Assembly: GCA_032718475.1 (NCBI GenBank)
Contig: JAUCBJ010009078.1
Span: forward strand, 19,571 to 83,570
Length of the DNA: 64,000 nucleotides
Origin: Nemertoderma westbladi
Taxonomy: Eukaryota; Animalia; Xenacoelomorpha
Direction of reading: 5' to 3'
The translations under genes were made by a program, and so were the position numbers. The notes beneath the pieces are model-generated. The model did not search any database. It was not told where the DNA came from and saw nothing but the letters and a program-made list of their open reading frames with translations. The first letter of the stretch is position 1. Each line of letters starts with the position of its first letter. Shown here one piece after another: positions 1 through 15,132 of the stretch.

Positions 1-3000
1 TAATACATCCTGTAGTTACCACGTAGAACCTATACTATAATACATCCTGTAGTTACCACGTAGAGCCTATACTATACTATAATACACCCTGTAGTTACCA
101 CGTAGAGCCTATACTATACTATAATACATCCTGTAGTTACCACGTAGAACCTATACTATAATACATCCTGTAGTTACCACGTAGAGCCTATACTATAATA
201 CATCCTGTAGTTACCACGTAGAGCCTATACTATAATACATCCTGTAGTTACCACGTAGAGCCTATACTATAATACATCCTGTAGTTACCACGTAGAGCCT
301 ATACTATAATACATTCTGTAGTTACCACGTAGAGCCTATACTATACTATAATACATCCTGTAGTTACCACGTAGAACCTATACTATACTATAATACATCC
401 TGTAGTTACCACGTAGAACCTATACTATACTATAATACATCCTGTAGTTACCACGTAGAGCCTATACTATAATACATCCTGTAGTTACCACGTAGAGCCT
501 ATACTATAATACATCCTGTAGTTACCACGTAGAGCCTATACTATAATACATCCTGTAGTTACCACGTAGAACGAACCCGTACTATACTATAATACATCCT
601 GTAGTTACCACGTAGAGCCTATACTATACTATAATACACCCTGTAGTTACCACGTAGAGCCTATACTATACTATAATACATCCTGTAGTTACCACGTAGA
701 ACCTATACTATAATACATCCTGTAGTTACCACGTAGAGCCTATACTATAATACATCCTGTAGTTACCACGTAGAGCCTATACTATAATACATCCTGTAGT
801 TACCACGTAGAGCCTATACTATAATACATCCTGTAGTTACCACGTAGAGCCTATACTATAATACATTCTGTAGTTACCACGTAGAGCCTATACTATACTA
901 TAATACATCCTGTAGTTACCACGTAGAACCTATACTATACTATAATACATCCTGTAGTTACCACGTAGAACCTATACTATACTATAATACATCCTGTAGT
1001 TACCACGTAGAGCCTATACTATAATACATCCTGTAGTTACCACGTAGAGCCTATACTATAATACATCCTGTAGTTACCACGTAGAGCCTATACTATAATA
1101 CATCCTGTAGTTACCACGTAGAGCCTATACTATAATACACCCTGTAGTTACCACGTAGAACCTATACTATACTATAATACACCCTGTAGTTACCACGTAG
1201 AGCCTATACTATACTATAATACATCCTGTAGTTACCACGTAGAACGAACCTGTACTATAATACATCCTGTAGTTACCACGTAGAACGAACCTGTACTATA
1301 ATACATCCTGTAGTTACCACGTAGAGCCTATACTATACTATAATACATCCTGTAGTTACCACGTAGAGCCTATACTATACTATAATACATCCTGTAGTTA
1401 CCACGTAGAGCCTATACTATACTATAATACATCCTGTAGTTACCACGTAGAGCCTATACTATAATACACCCTGTAGTTACCACGTAGAGCCTATACTATA
1501 ATACATCCTGTAGTTACCACGTAGAGCCTATACTATAATACACCCTGTAGTTACCACGTAGAACCTATACTATAATACATCCTGTAGTTACCACGTAGAG
1601 CCTATACTATAATACATCCTGTAGTTACCACGTAGAGCCTATACTATACTACATCCTGTAGTTACCACGTAGAACGAACCTGTACTATAATACATCCTGT
1701 AGTTACCACGTAGAGCGAACCTATACTATAATACATCCTGTAGTTACCACGTAGAACCTATACTATAATACATCCTGTAGTTACCACGTAGAGCCTATAC
1801 TATACTACATCCTGTAGTTACCACGTAGAGCCTATACTATACTACATCCTGTAGTTACCACGTAGAACGAACCTATACTATAATACATCCTGTAGTTACC
1901 ACGTAGAGCCTATACTATACTATAATACATCCTGTAGTTACCACGTAGAACCTATACTATACTATAATACATCCTGTAGTTACCACGTAGAGCCTATACT
2001 ATACTATAATACATCCTGTAGTTACCACGTAGAGCCTATACTATACTATAATACATCCTGTAGTTACCACGTAGAGCCTATACTATACTATAATACATCC
2101 TGTAGTTACCACGTAGAACCTATACTATACTATAATACATCCTGTAGTTACCACGTAGAGCCTATACTATACTATACTACATCCTGTAGTTACCACGTAG
2201 AGCCTATACTATACTATAATACATCCTGTAGTTACCACGTAGAGCCTATACTATACTATAATACATCCTGTAGTTACCACGTAGAACCTATACTATACTA
2301 TAATACATCCTGTAGTTACCACGTAGAGCCTATACTATACTATACTACATCCTGTAGTTACCACGTAGAACCTATACTATACTATAATACATCCTGTAGT
2401 TACCACGTAGAGCCTATACTATAATACATCCTGTAGTTACCACGTAGAGCCTATACTATAATACATCCTGTAGTTACCACGTAGAGCCTATACTATAATA
2501 CATCCTGTAGTTACCACGTAGAGCCTATACTATAATACATTCTGTAGTTACCACGTAGAGCCTATACTATACTATAATACATCCTGTAGTTACCACGTAG
2601 AGCCTATACTATACTATAATACATCCTGTAGTTACCACGTAGAGCCTATACTATAATACATCCTGTAGTTACCACGTAGAGCCTATACTATAATACATTC
2701 TGTAGTTACCACGTAGAGCCTATACTATACTATAATACATCCTGTAGTTACCGCGTAGAACCTATACTATAATACATCCTGTAGTTACCACGTAGAACCT
2801 ATACTATACTATACTACATCCTGTAGTTACCACGTAGAACCTATACTATACTATAATACATCCTGTAGTTACCACGTAGAACCTATACTATAATACATCC
2901 TGTAGTTACCATGTAGAGCCTATACTATACTATACTACATCCTGTAGTTACCACGTAGAGCCTATACTATACTATAATACATCCTGTAGTTACCACGTAG

Positions 3001-6000
3001 AACCTATACTATAATACATCCTGTAGTTACCACGTAGAGCCTATACTATACTATAATACATCCTGTAGTTACCACGTAGAGCCTATACTATAATACATCC
3101 TGTAGTTACCACGTAGAACGAACCTATACTATAATACATCCTGTAGTTACCACGTAGAGCCTATACTATACTATAATACATCCTGTAGTTACCACGTAGA
3201 GCCTATACTATAATACATCCTGTAGTTACCACGTAGAACGAACCTATACTATAATACATCCTGTAGTTACCACGTAGAGCCTATACTATACTATAATACA
3301 TCCTGTAGTTACCACGTAGAGCCTATACTATAATACATCCTGTAGTTACCATGTAGAACCTATACTATAATACATCCTGTAGTTACCACGTAGAGCCTAT
3401 ACTATACTATAATACATCCTGTAGTTACCACGTAGAGCCTATACTATAATACATCCTGTAGTTACCATGTAGAACCTATACTATAATACATCCTGTAGTT
3501 ACCACGTAGAGCCTATACTATAATACATCCTGTAGTTACCACGTAGAACGAACCTGTACTATAATACATCCTGTAGTTACCACGTAGAACCTATACTATA
3601 ATACATCCTGTAGTTACCACGTAGAACCTATACTATACTATACTACATCCTGTAGTTACCACGTAGAACCTATACTATACTATAATACATCCTGTAGTTA
3701 CCACGTAGAACGAACCTATACTATAATACATCCTGTAGTTACCACGTAGAACCTATACTATACTATACTACATCCTGTAGTTACCACGTAGAGCCTATAC
3801 TATACTATAATACATCCTGTAGTTACCACGTAGAACCTATACTATACTATAATACATCCTGTAGTTACCACGTAGAACGAACCTGTACTATAATACATCC
3901 TGTAGTTACCACGTAGAGCGAACCTGTACTATAATACATCCTGTAGTTACCACGTAGAGCCTATACTATACTATAATACATCCTGTAGTTACCACGTAGA
4001 GCCTATACTATAATACATCCTGTAGTTACCACGTAGAACCTATACTATACTATACTACATCCTGTAGTTACCACGTAGAACCTATACTATACTATAATAC
4101 ATCCTGTAGTTACCACGTAGAGCCTATACTATACTATAATACATCCTGTAGTTACCACGTAGAACGAACCTATACTATAATACATCCTGTAGTTACCACG
4201 TAGAGCCTATACTATACTATAATACATCCTGTAGTTACCACGTAGAACGAACCTATACTATAATACATCCTGTAGTTACCACGTAGAGCCTATACTATAC
4301 TATACTACATCCTGTAGTTACCACGTAGAACGAACCTATACTATAATACATCCTGTAGTTACCACGTAGAGCCTATACTATACTATACTACATCCTGTAG
4401 TTACCACGTAGAACGAACCTATACTATAATACATCCTGTAGTTACCACGTAGAGCCTATACTATACTATAATACATCCTGTAGTTACCACGTAGAACCTA
4501 TACTATAATACATCCTGTAGTTACCACGTAGAACCTATACTATACTATACTACATCCTGTAGTTACCACGTAGAGCCTATACTATACTATAATACATCCT
4601 GTAGTTACCACGTAGAACGAACCTATACTATAATACATCCTGTAGTTACCACGTAGAACCTATACTATACTATACTACATCCTGTAGTTACCACGTAGAA
4701 CCTATACTATACTATAATACATCCTGTAGTTACCACGTAGAGCCTATACTATACTATAATACATCCTGTAGTTACCACGTAGAGCCTATACTATACTATA
4801 ATACATCCTGTAGTTACCACGTAGAACCTATACTATACTATAATACATCCTGTAGTTACCACGTAGAGCCTATACTATACTATAATACATCCTGTAGTTA
4901 CCACGTAGAGCCTATACTATACTATAATACATCCTGTAGTTACCACGTAGAACCTATACTATACTATAATACATCCTGTAGTTACCACGTAGAACGAACC
5001 TATACTATAATACATCCTGTAGTTACCACGTAGAGCCTATACTATACTATAATACATCCTGTAGTTACCACGTAGAACCTATACTATACTATAATACATC
5101 CTGTAGTTACCACGTAGAACGAACCTATACTATAATACATCCTGTAGTTACCACGTAGAACCTATACTATACTATACTACATCCTGTAGTTACCACGTAG
5201 AACCTATACTATACTATAATACATCCTGTAGTTACCACGTAGAGCCTATACTATACTATAATACATCCTGTAGTTACCACGTAGAACCTATACTATACTA
5301 TAATACATCCTGTAGTTACCACGTAGAGCCTATACTATACTATAATACATCCTGTAGTTACCACGTAGAGCCTATACTATACTATAATACATCCTGTAGT
5401 TACCACGTAGAACCTATACTATACTATACTACATCCTGTAGTTACCACGTAGAGCCTATACTACTAATACATCCTGTAGTTACCACGTAGAACCTATACT
5501 ATACTATAATACATCCTGTAGTTACCACGTAGAACCTATACTATACTATAATACATCCTGTAGTTACCACGTAGAGCCTATACTATACTATAATACATCC
5601 TGTAGTTACCACGTAGAACCTATACTATACTATAATACATCCTGTAGTTACCACGTAGAGCCTATACTATACTATAATACATCCTGTAGTTACCACGTAG
5701 AGCCTATACTATACTATAATACATCCTGTAGTTACCACGTAGAACCTATACTATACTATACTACATCCTGTAGTTACCACGTAGAGCCTATACTATAATA
5801 CATCCTGTAGTTACCACGTAGAACCTATACTATACTATAATACATCCTGTAGTTACCACGTAGAGCCTATACTATACTATAATACATCCTGTAGTTACCA
5901 CGTAGAACCTATACTATACTATAATACATCCTGTAGTTACCACGTAGAGCCTATACTATACTATAATACATCCTGTAGTTACCACGTAGAACCTATACTA

Positions 6001-9000
6001 TACTATAATACATCCTGTAGTTACCACGTAGAGCCTATACTATACTATAATACATCCTGTAGTTACCACGTAGAACCTATACTATACTATACTACATCCT
6101 GTAGTTACCACGTAGAGCAACTATACTATAATACATCCTGTAGTTACCACGTAGAACCTATACTATACTATAATACATCCTGTAGTTACCACGTAGAACC
6201 TATACTATACTATAATACATCCTGTAGTTACCACGTAGAACCTATACTATAATACATCCTGTAGTTACCACGTAGAGCCTATACTATAATACATCCTGTA
6301 GTTACCACGTAGAACCTATACTATACTATACTACATCCTGTAGTTACCACGTAGAGCCTATACTATAATACATCCTGTAGTTACCACGTAGAACCTATAC
6401 TATACTATAATACATCCTGTAGTTACCACGTAGAGCCTATACTATACTATAATACATCCTGTAGTTACCACGTAGAACCTATACTATAATACATCCTGTA
6501 GTTACCACGTAGAGCCTATACTATAATACATCCTGTAGTTACCACGTAGAACCTATACTATACTATACTACATCCTGTAGTTACCACGTAGAGCCTATAC
6601 TATAATACATCCTGTAGTTACCACGTAGAACCTATACTATACTATAATACATCCTGTAGTTACCACGTAGAACCTATACTATACTATACTACATCCTGTA
6701 GTTACCACGTAGAGCCTATACTATAATACATCCTGTAGTTACCACGTAGACCTATACTATACTATAATACATCCTGTAGTTACCACGTAGAACCTATACT
6801 ATACTATAATACATCCTGTAGTTACCACGTAGAACCTATACTATAATACATCCTGTAGTTACCACGTAGAGACCTATACTATAATACATCCTGTAGTTAC
6901 CACGTAGAGCCTATACTATACTATAATACATCCTGTAGTTACCACGTAGAGCCTATACTATACTATAATACATCCTGTAGTTACCACGTAGAACGAACCT
7001 ATACTATAATACATCCTGTAGTTACCACGTAGAACCTATACTATACTATAATACATCCTGTAGTTACCACGTAGAGCCTATACTATACTATAATACATCC
7101 TGTAGTTACCACGTAGAGCCTATACTATAATACATCCTGTAGTTACCACGTAGAACCTATACTATAATACATCCTGTAGTTACCACGTAGAGCCTATACT
7201 ATAATACATCCTGTAGTTACCACGTAGAGCCTATACTATAATACATCCTGTAGTTACCACGTAGAACCTATACTATAATACATCCTGTAGTTACCACGTA
7301 GAGCCTATACTATACTATAATACATCCTGTAGTTACCACGTAGAACCTATACTATACTATATACATCCTGTAGTTACCACGTAGAACCTATACTATAATA
7401 CATCCTGTAGTTACCACGTAGAACCTATACTATAATACATCCTGTAGTTACCACGTAGAACCTATACTATACTATACTACATCCTGTAGTTACCACGTAG
7501 AGCCTATACTATAATACATCCTGTAGTTACCACGTAGAACCTATACTATACTATAATACATCCTGTAGTTACCACGTAGAACCTATACTATACTATAATA
7601 CATCCTGTAGTTACCACGTAGAGCCTATACTATACTATAATACATCCTGTAGTTACCACGTAGAACCTATACTATACTATAATACATCCTGTAGTTACCA
7701 CGTAGAACCTATACTATACTATACTACATCCTGTAGTTACCACGTAGAGCCTATACTATAATACATCCTGTAGTTACCACGTAGAACCTATACTATACTA
7801 TAATACATCCTGTAGTTACCACGTAGAACCTATACTATACTATAATACATCCTGTAGTTACCACGTAGAACCTATACTATACTATACTACATCCTGTAGT
7901 TACCACGTAGAGCCTATACTATACTATAATACATCCTGTAGTTACCACGTAGAGCCTATACTATACTATAATACATCCTGTAGTTACCACGTAGAGCTCT
8001 ATACTATAATACATCCTGTAGTTACCACGTAGAACCTATACTATACTATAATACATCCTGTAGTTACCACGTAGAACCTATACTATACTATAATACATCC
8101 TGTAGTTACCACGTAGAGCCTATACTATACATACATCCTGTAGTTACCACGTAGAACCTATACTATACTATAATACATCCTGTAGTTACCACGTAGAGCC
8201 TATACTATAATACATCCTGTAGTTACCACGTAGAACCTATACTATAATACATCCTGTAGTTACCACGTAGAACCTATACTATACTATACTACATCCTGTA
8301 GTTACCACGTAGAGCCTATACTATACTATAATACATCCTGTAGTTACCACGTAGAGCCTATACTATACATACATCCTGTAGTTACCACGTAGAGCCTATA
8401 CTATACTATACTACATCCTGTAGTTACCACGTAGAGCCTATACTATACATACATCCTGTAGTTACCACGTAGAGCCTATACTATAATACATCCTGTAGTT
8501 ACCACGTAGAACCTATACTATAATACATCCTGTAGTTACCACGTAGAACCTATACTATACTATACTACATCCTGTAGTTACCACGTAGAGCCTATACTAT
8601 ACTATAATACATCCTGTAGTTACCACGTAGAGCCTATACTATACTATAATACATCCTGTAGTTACCACGTAGAGCTCTATACTATAATACATCCTGTAGT
8701 TACCACGTAGAACCTATACTATACTATAATACATCCTGTAGTTACCACGTAGAACCTATACTATACTATACTACATCCTGTAGTTACCACGTAGAGCCTA
8801 TACTTACTATATACATCCTGTAGTTACCACGTAGAACCTATACTATACTATAATACATCCTGTAGTTACCACGTAGAACCTATACTATAATACATCCTGT
8901 AGTTACCACGTAGAGCCTATACTATACTATAATACATCCTGTAGTTACCACGTAGAACCTATACTATACTATACTACATCCTGTAGTTACCACGTAGAGC

Positions 9001-12000
9001 CTATACTATACTATAATACATCCTGTAGTTACCACGTAGAGCCTATACTATACTATAATACATCCTGTAGTTACCACGTAGAACCTATACTATACTATAC
9101 TACATCCTGTAGTTACCACGTAGAGCCTATACTATACTATAATACATCCTGTAGTTACCACGTAGAGCCTATACTATACTATAATACATCCTGTAGTTAC
9201 CACGTAGAGCCTATACTATACTATAATACATCCTGTAGTTACCACGTAGAGCCTATACTATACTATAATACATCCTGTAGTTACCACGTAGAGCCTATAC
9301 TATAATACATCCTGTAGTTACCACGTAGAACCTATACTATACTATAATACATCCTGTAGTTACCACGTAGAGCCTATACTATAATACATCCTGTAGTTAC
9401 CACGTAGAGCCTATACTATAATACATCCTGTAGTTACCACGTAGAACCTATACTATACTATACTACATCCTGTAGTTACCACGTAGAGCCTATACTATAC
9501 TATAATACATCCTGTAGTTACCACGTAGAGCCTATACTATACTATAATACATCCTGTAGTTACCACGTAGAGCCTATACTATAATACATCCTGTAGTTAC
9601 CACGTAGAACCTATACTATAATACATCCTGTAGTTACCACGTAGAGCCTATACTATACTATAATACATCCTGTAGTTACCACGTAGAGCCTATACTATAA
9701 TACATCCTGTAGTTACCACGTAGAACCTATACTATACTATAATACATCCTGTAGTTACCACGTAGAGCCTATACTATAATACATCCTGTAGTTACCACGT
9801 AGAGCCTATACTATAATACATCCTGTAGTTACCACGTAGAACCTATACTATACTATACTACATCCTGTAGTTACCACGTAGAGCCTATACTATACTATAA
9901 TACATCCTGTAGTTACCACGTAGAGCCTATACTATACTATAATACATCCTGTAGTTACCACGTAGAGCCTATACTATACTATAATACATCCTGTAGTTAC
10001 CACGTAGAGCCTATACTATAATACATCCTGTAGTTACCACGTAGAGCCTATACTATAATACATCCTGTAGTTACCACGTAGAACCTATACTATACTATAC
10101 TACATCCTGTAGTTACCACGTAGAGCCTATACTATACTATAATACATCCTGTAGTTACCACGTAGAGCCTATACTATACTATAATACATCCTGTAGTTAC
10201 CACGTAGAGCCTATACTATACTATAATACATCCTGTAGTTACCACGTAGAGCCTATACTATACTATAATACATCCTGTAGTTACCACGTAGAGCCTATAC
10301 TATACTATAATACATCCTGTAGTTACCACGTAGAACCTATACTATACTATACTACATCCTGTAGTTACCACGTAGAGCCTATACTATACTATAATACATC
10401 CTGTAGTTACCACGTAGAGCCTATACTATACTATAATACATCCTGTAGTTACCACGTAGAGCCTATACTATACTATAATACATCCTGTAGTTACCACGTA
10501 GAACCTATACTATACTATAATACATCCTGTAGTTACCACGTAGAACGAACCCGTACTATAATACATCCTGTAGTTACCACGTAGAACCTATACTATAATA
10601 CATCCTGTAGTTACCACGTAGAGCCTATACTATACTATAATACATCCTGTAGTTACCACGTAGAGCCTATACTATAATACATCCTGTAGTTACCACGTAG
10701 AACCTATACTATACTATAATACATCCTGTAGTTACCACGTAGAGCCTATACTATAATACATCCTGTAGTTACCACGTAGAGCCTATACTATACTATAATA
10801 CATCCTGTAGTTACCACGTAGAGCCTATACTATACTATAATACATCCTGTAGTTACCACGTAGAGCCTATACTATACTATAATACATCCTGTAGTTACCA
10901 CGTAGAGCCTATACTATACTATAATACATCCTGTAGTTACCACGTAGAGCCTATACTATACTATAATACATCCTGTAGTTACCACGTAGAACCTATACTA
11001 TACTATAATACATCCTGTAGTTACCACGTAGAGCCTATACTATACTATAATACATCCTGTAGTTACCACGTAGAACCTATACTATACTATAATACATCCT
11101 GTAGTTACCACGTAGAGCCTATACTATACTATAATACATCCTGTAGTTACCACGTAGAGCCTATACTATACTATAATACATCCTGTAGTTACCACGTAGA
11201 ACCTATACTATACTATAATACATCCTGTAGTTACCACGTAGAGCCTATACTATAATACATCCTGTAGTTACCACGTAGAACCTATACTATACTATAATAC
11301 ATCCTGTAGTTACCACGTAGAGCCTATACTATACTATAATACATCCTGTAGTTACCACGTAGAGCCTATACTATAATACATCCTGTAGTTACCACGTAGA
11401 ACCTATACTATACTATAATACATCCTGTAGTTACCACGTAGAGCCTATACTATAATACATCCTGTAGTTACCACGTAGAGCCTATACTATACTATAATAC
11501 ATCCTGTAGTTACCACGTAGAGCCTATACTATACTATAATACATCCTGTAGTTACCACGTAGAGCCTATACTATACTATAATACATCCTGTAGTTACCAC
11601 GTAGAGCCTATACTATACTATAATACATCCTGTAGTTACCACGTAGAACCTATACTATACTATAATACATCCTGTAGTTACCACGTAGAGCCTATACTAT
11701 ACTATAATACATCCTGTAGTTACCACGTAGAACCTATACTATACTATAATACATCCTGTAGTTACCACGTAGAGCCTATACTATACTATAATACATCCTG
11801 TAGTTACCACGTAGAGCCTATACTATACTATAATACATCCTGTAGTTACCACGTAGAACCTATACTATACTATAATACATCCTGTAGTTACCACGTAGAG
11901 CCTATACTATACTATAATACATCCTGTAGTTACCACGTAGAGCCTATACTATAATACATCCTGTAGTTACCACGTAGAGCCTATACTATACTATAATACA

Positions 12001-15000
12001 TCCTGTAGTTACCACGTAGAACGAACCCGTACTATAATACATCCTGTAGTTACCACGTAGAGCCTATACTATACTATAATACACCCTGTAGTTACCACGT
12101 AGAACCTATACTATACTATAATACATCCTGTAGTTACCACGTAGAGCCTATACTATACTATAATACACCCTGTAGTTACCACGTAGAACCTATACTATAC
12201 TATAATACATCCTGTAGTTACCACGTAGAGCCTATACTATACTATAATACATCCTGTAGTTACCACGTAGAGCCTATACTATACTATAATACATCCTGTA
12301 GTTACCACGTAGAACCTATACTATACTATAATACATCCTGTAGTTACCACGTAGAGCCTATACTATACTATAATACATCCTGTAGTTACCACGTAGAGCC
12401 TATACTATAATACATCCTGTAGTTACCACGTAGAACCTATACTATACTATAATACATCCTGTAGTTACCACGTAGAGCCTATACTATAATACATCCTGTA
12501 GTTACCACGTAGAGCCTATACTATACTATAATACATCCTGTAGTTACCACGTAGAACCTATACTATACTATAATACATCCTGTAGTTACCACGTAGAGCC
12601 TATACTATACTATAATACATCCTGTAGTTACCACGTAGAGCCTATACTATACTATAATACATCCTGTAGTTACCACGTAGAACCTATACTATACTATAAT
12701 ACATCCTGTAGTTACCACGTAGAACCTATACTATACTATAATACATCCTGTAGTTACCACGTAGAACCTATACTATACTATAATACATCCTGTAGTTACC
12801 ACGTAGAGCCTATACTATACTATAATACATCCTGTAGTTACCACGTAGAACCTATACTATACTATAATACATCCTGTAGTTACCACGTAGAACCTATACT
12901 ATACTATAATACATCCTGTAGTTACCACGTAGAACCTATACTATACTATAATACATCCTGTAGTTACCACTTAGAACCTATACTATACTATAATACATCC
13001 TGTAGTTACCACGTAGAACCTATACTATACTATAATACATCCTGTAGTTACCACGTAGAACCTATACTATACTATAATACATCCTGTAGTTACCACGTAG
13101 AGCCTATACTATACTATAATACATCCTGTAGTTACCACGTAGAACCTATACTATACTATAATACATCCTGTAGTTACCACGTAGAACCTATACTATAATA
13201 CATCCTGTAGTTACCACGTAGAGCCTATACTATACTATAATACACCCTGTAGTTACCACGTAGAGCCTATACTATAATACATCCTGTAGTTACCACGTAG
13301 AACCTATACTATACTATAATACATCCTGTAGTTACCACGTAGAACCTATACTATAATACATCCTGTAGTTACCACGTAGAGCCTATACTATACTATAATA
13401 CACCCTGTAGTTACCACGTAGAGCCTATACTATAATACATCCTGTAGTTACCACGTAGAACGAGCCTATACTATACTATAATACATCCTGTAGTTACCAC
13501 GTAGAACCTATACTATACTATAATACATCCTGTAGTTACCACGTAGAGCCTATACTATAATACACCCTGTAGTTACCACGTAGAGCCTATACTATAATAC
13601 ATCCTGTAGTTACCACGTAGAACGAGCCTATACTATACTATAATACATCCTGTAGTTACCACGTAGAACCTATACTATACTATAATACATCCTGTAGTTA
13701 CCACGTAGAACCTATACTATACTATAATACATCCTGTAGTTACCACGTAGAACCTATACTATACTATAATACATCCTGTAGTTACCACGTAGAGCCTATA
13801 CTATACTATAATACATCCTGTAGTTACCACGTAGAACCTATACTATACTATAATACATCCTGTAGTTACCACGTAGAACCTATACTATACTATAATACAT
13901 CCTGTAGTTACCACGTAGAACCTATACTATACTATAATACATCCTGTAGTTACCACGTAGAACCTATACTATACTATAATACATCCTGTAGTTACCACGT
14001 AGAACCTATACTATACTATAATACATCCTGTAGTTACCACGTAGAGCCTATACTATACTATAATACATCCTGTAGTTACCACGTAGAACCTATACTATAC
14101 TATAATACATCCTGTAGTTACCACGTAGAGCCTATACTATACTATAATACATCCTGTAGTTACCACGTAGAGCCTATACTATAATACATCCTGTAGTTAC
14201 CACGTAGAGTCTATACTATACTATAATACATCCTGTAGTTACCACGTAGAACGAACCTGTACTATAATACATCCTGTAGTTACCACGTAGAACCTATACT
14301 ATACTATACTACATCCTGTAGTTACCACGTAGAGCCTATACTATACTATAATACATCCTGTAGTTACCACGTAGAGCCTATACTATACTATAATACATCC
14401 TGTAGTTACCACGTAGAGCCTATACTATACTATAATACATCCTGTAGTTACCACGTAGAACCTATACTATACTATACTACATCCTGTAGTTACCACGTAG
14501 AGCCTATACTATACTATAATACATCCTGTAGTTACCACGTAGAGCCTATACTATACTATAATACATCCTGTAGTTACCACGTAGAACCTATACTATACTA
14601 TACTACATCCTGTAGTTACCACGTAGAGCCTATACTATACTATAATACATCCTGTAGTTACCACGTAGAACCTATACTATAATACATCCTGTAGTTACCA
14701 CGTAGAACGAACCTATACTATAATACATCCTGTAGTTACCACGTAGAACCTATACTATACTATAATACATCCTGTAGTTACCACGTAGAGCCTATACTAT
14801 ACTATAATACATCCTGTAGTTACCACGTAGAACCTATACTATACTATAATACATCCTGTAGTTACCACGTAGAACCTATACTATAATACACCCTGTAGTT
14901 ACCACGTAGAACCTATACTATAATACACCCTGTAGTTACCACGTAGAACCTATACTATACTATAATACATCCTGTAGTTACCACGTAGAACCTATACTAT

Positions 15001-15042
15001 AATACACCCTGTAGTTACCACGTAGAACCTATACTATACTAT
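1..15042. repeat. Tandem satellite/minisatellite array, 37/41/42-bp monomers, open at the left edge
   Basis: Core ACATCCTGTAGTTACCACGTAGA(A/G)CC followed by 1-3 TATAC units and usually TATAAT. Monomer is 37 bp (e.g. 1-37), 42 bp with an extra TATAC, or 41 bp with a GAAC duplication. Last unit ends ...ATACTATACTAT at 15042. Confidence 0.98.
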
Positions 15043-15132
15043 CCGACTCTACCACCCGGAGCGGCGGGATTACCGGCGGTTTCGTCTTCCCCACCGATTC
15101 TACCACCCGGAAGGGCAGGATTACTACCTGGA

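Noticed and set aside
1-15042. CRISPR array (constant repeat with variable intervening sequence)
   Set aside because: The variable parts are only TATAC copy-number and single-base variants, not unique spacers. There are no cas genes and the context is eukaryotic.
1-15042. Canonical telomeric repeat
   Set aside because: No TTAGGG/TTAGG-type units on either strand. A chromosome-end position cannot be judged from this window.
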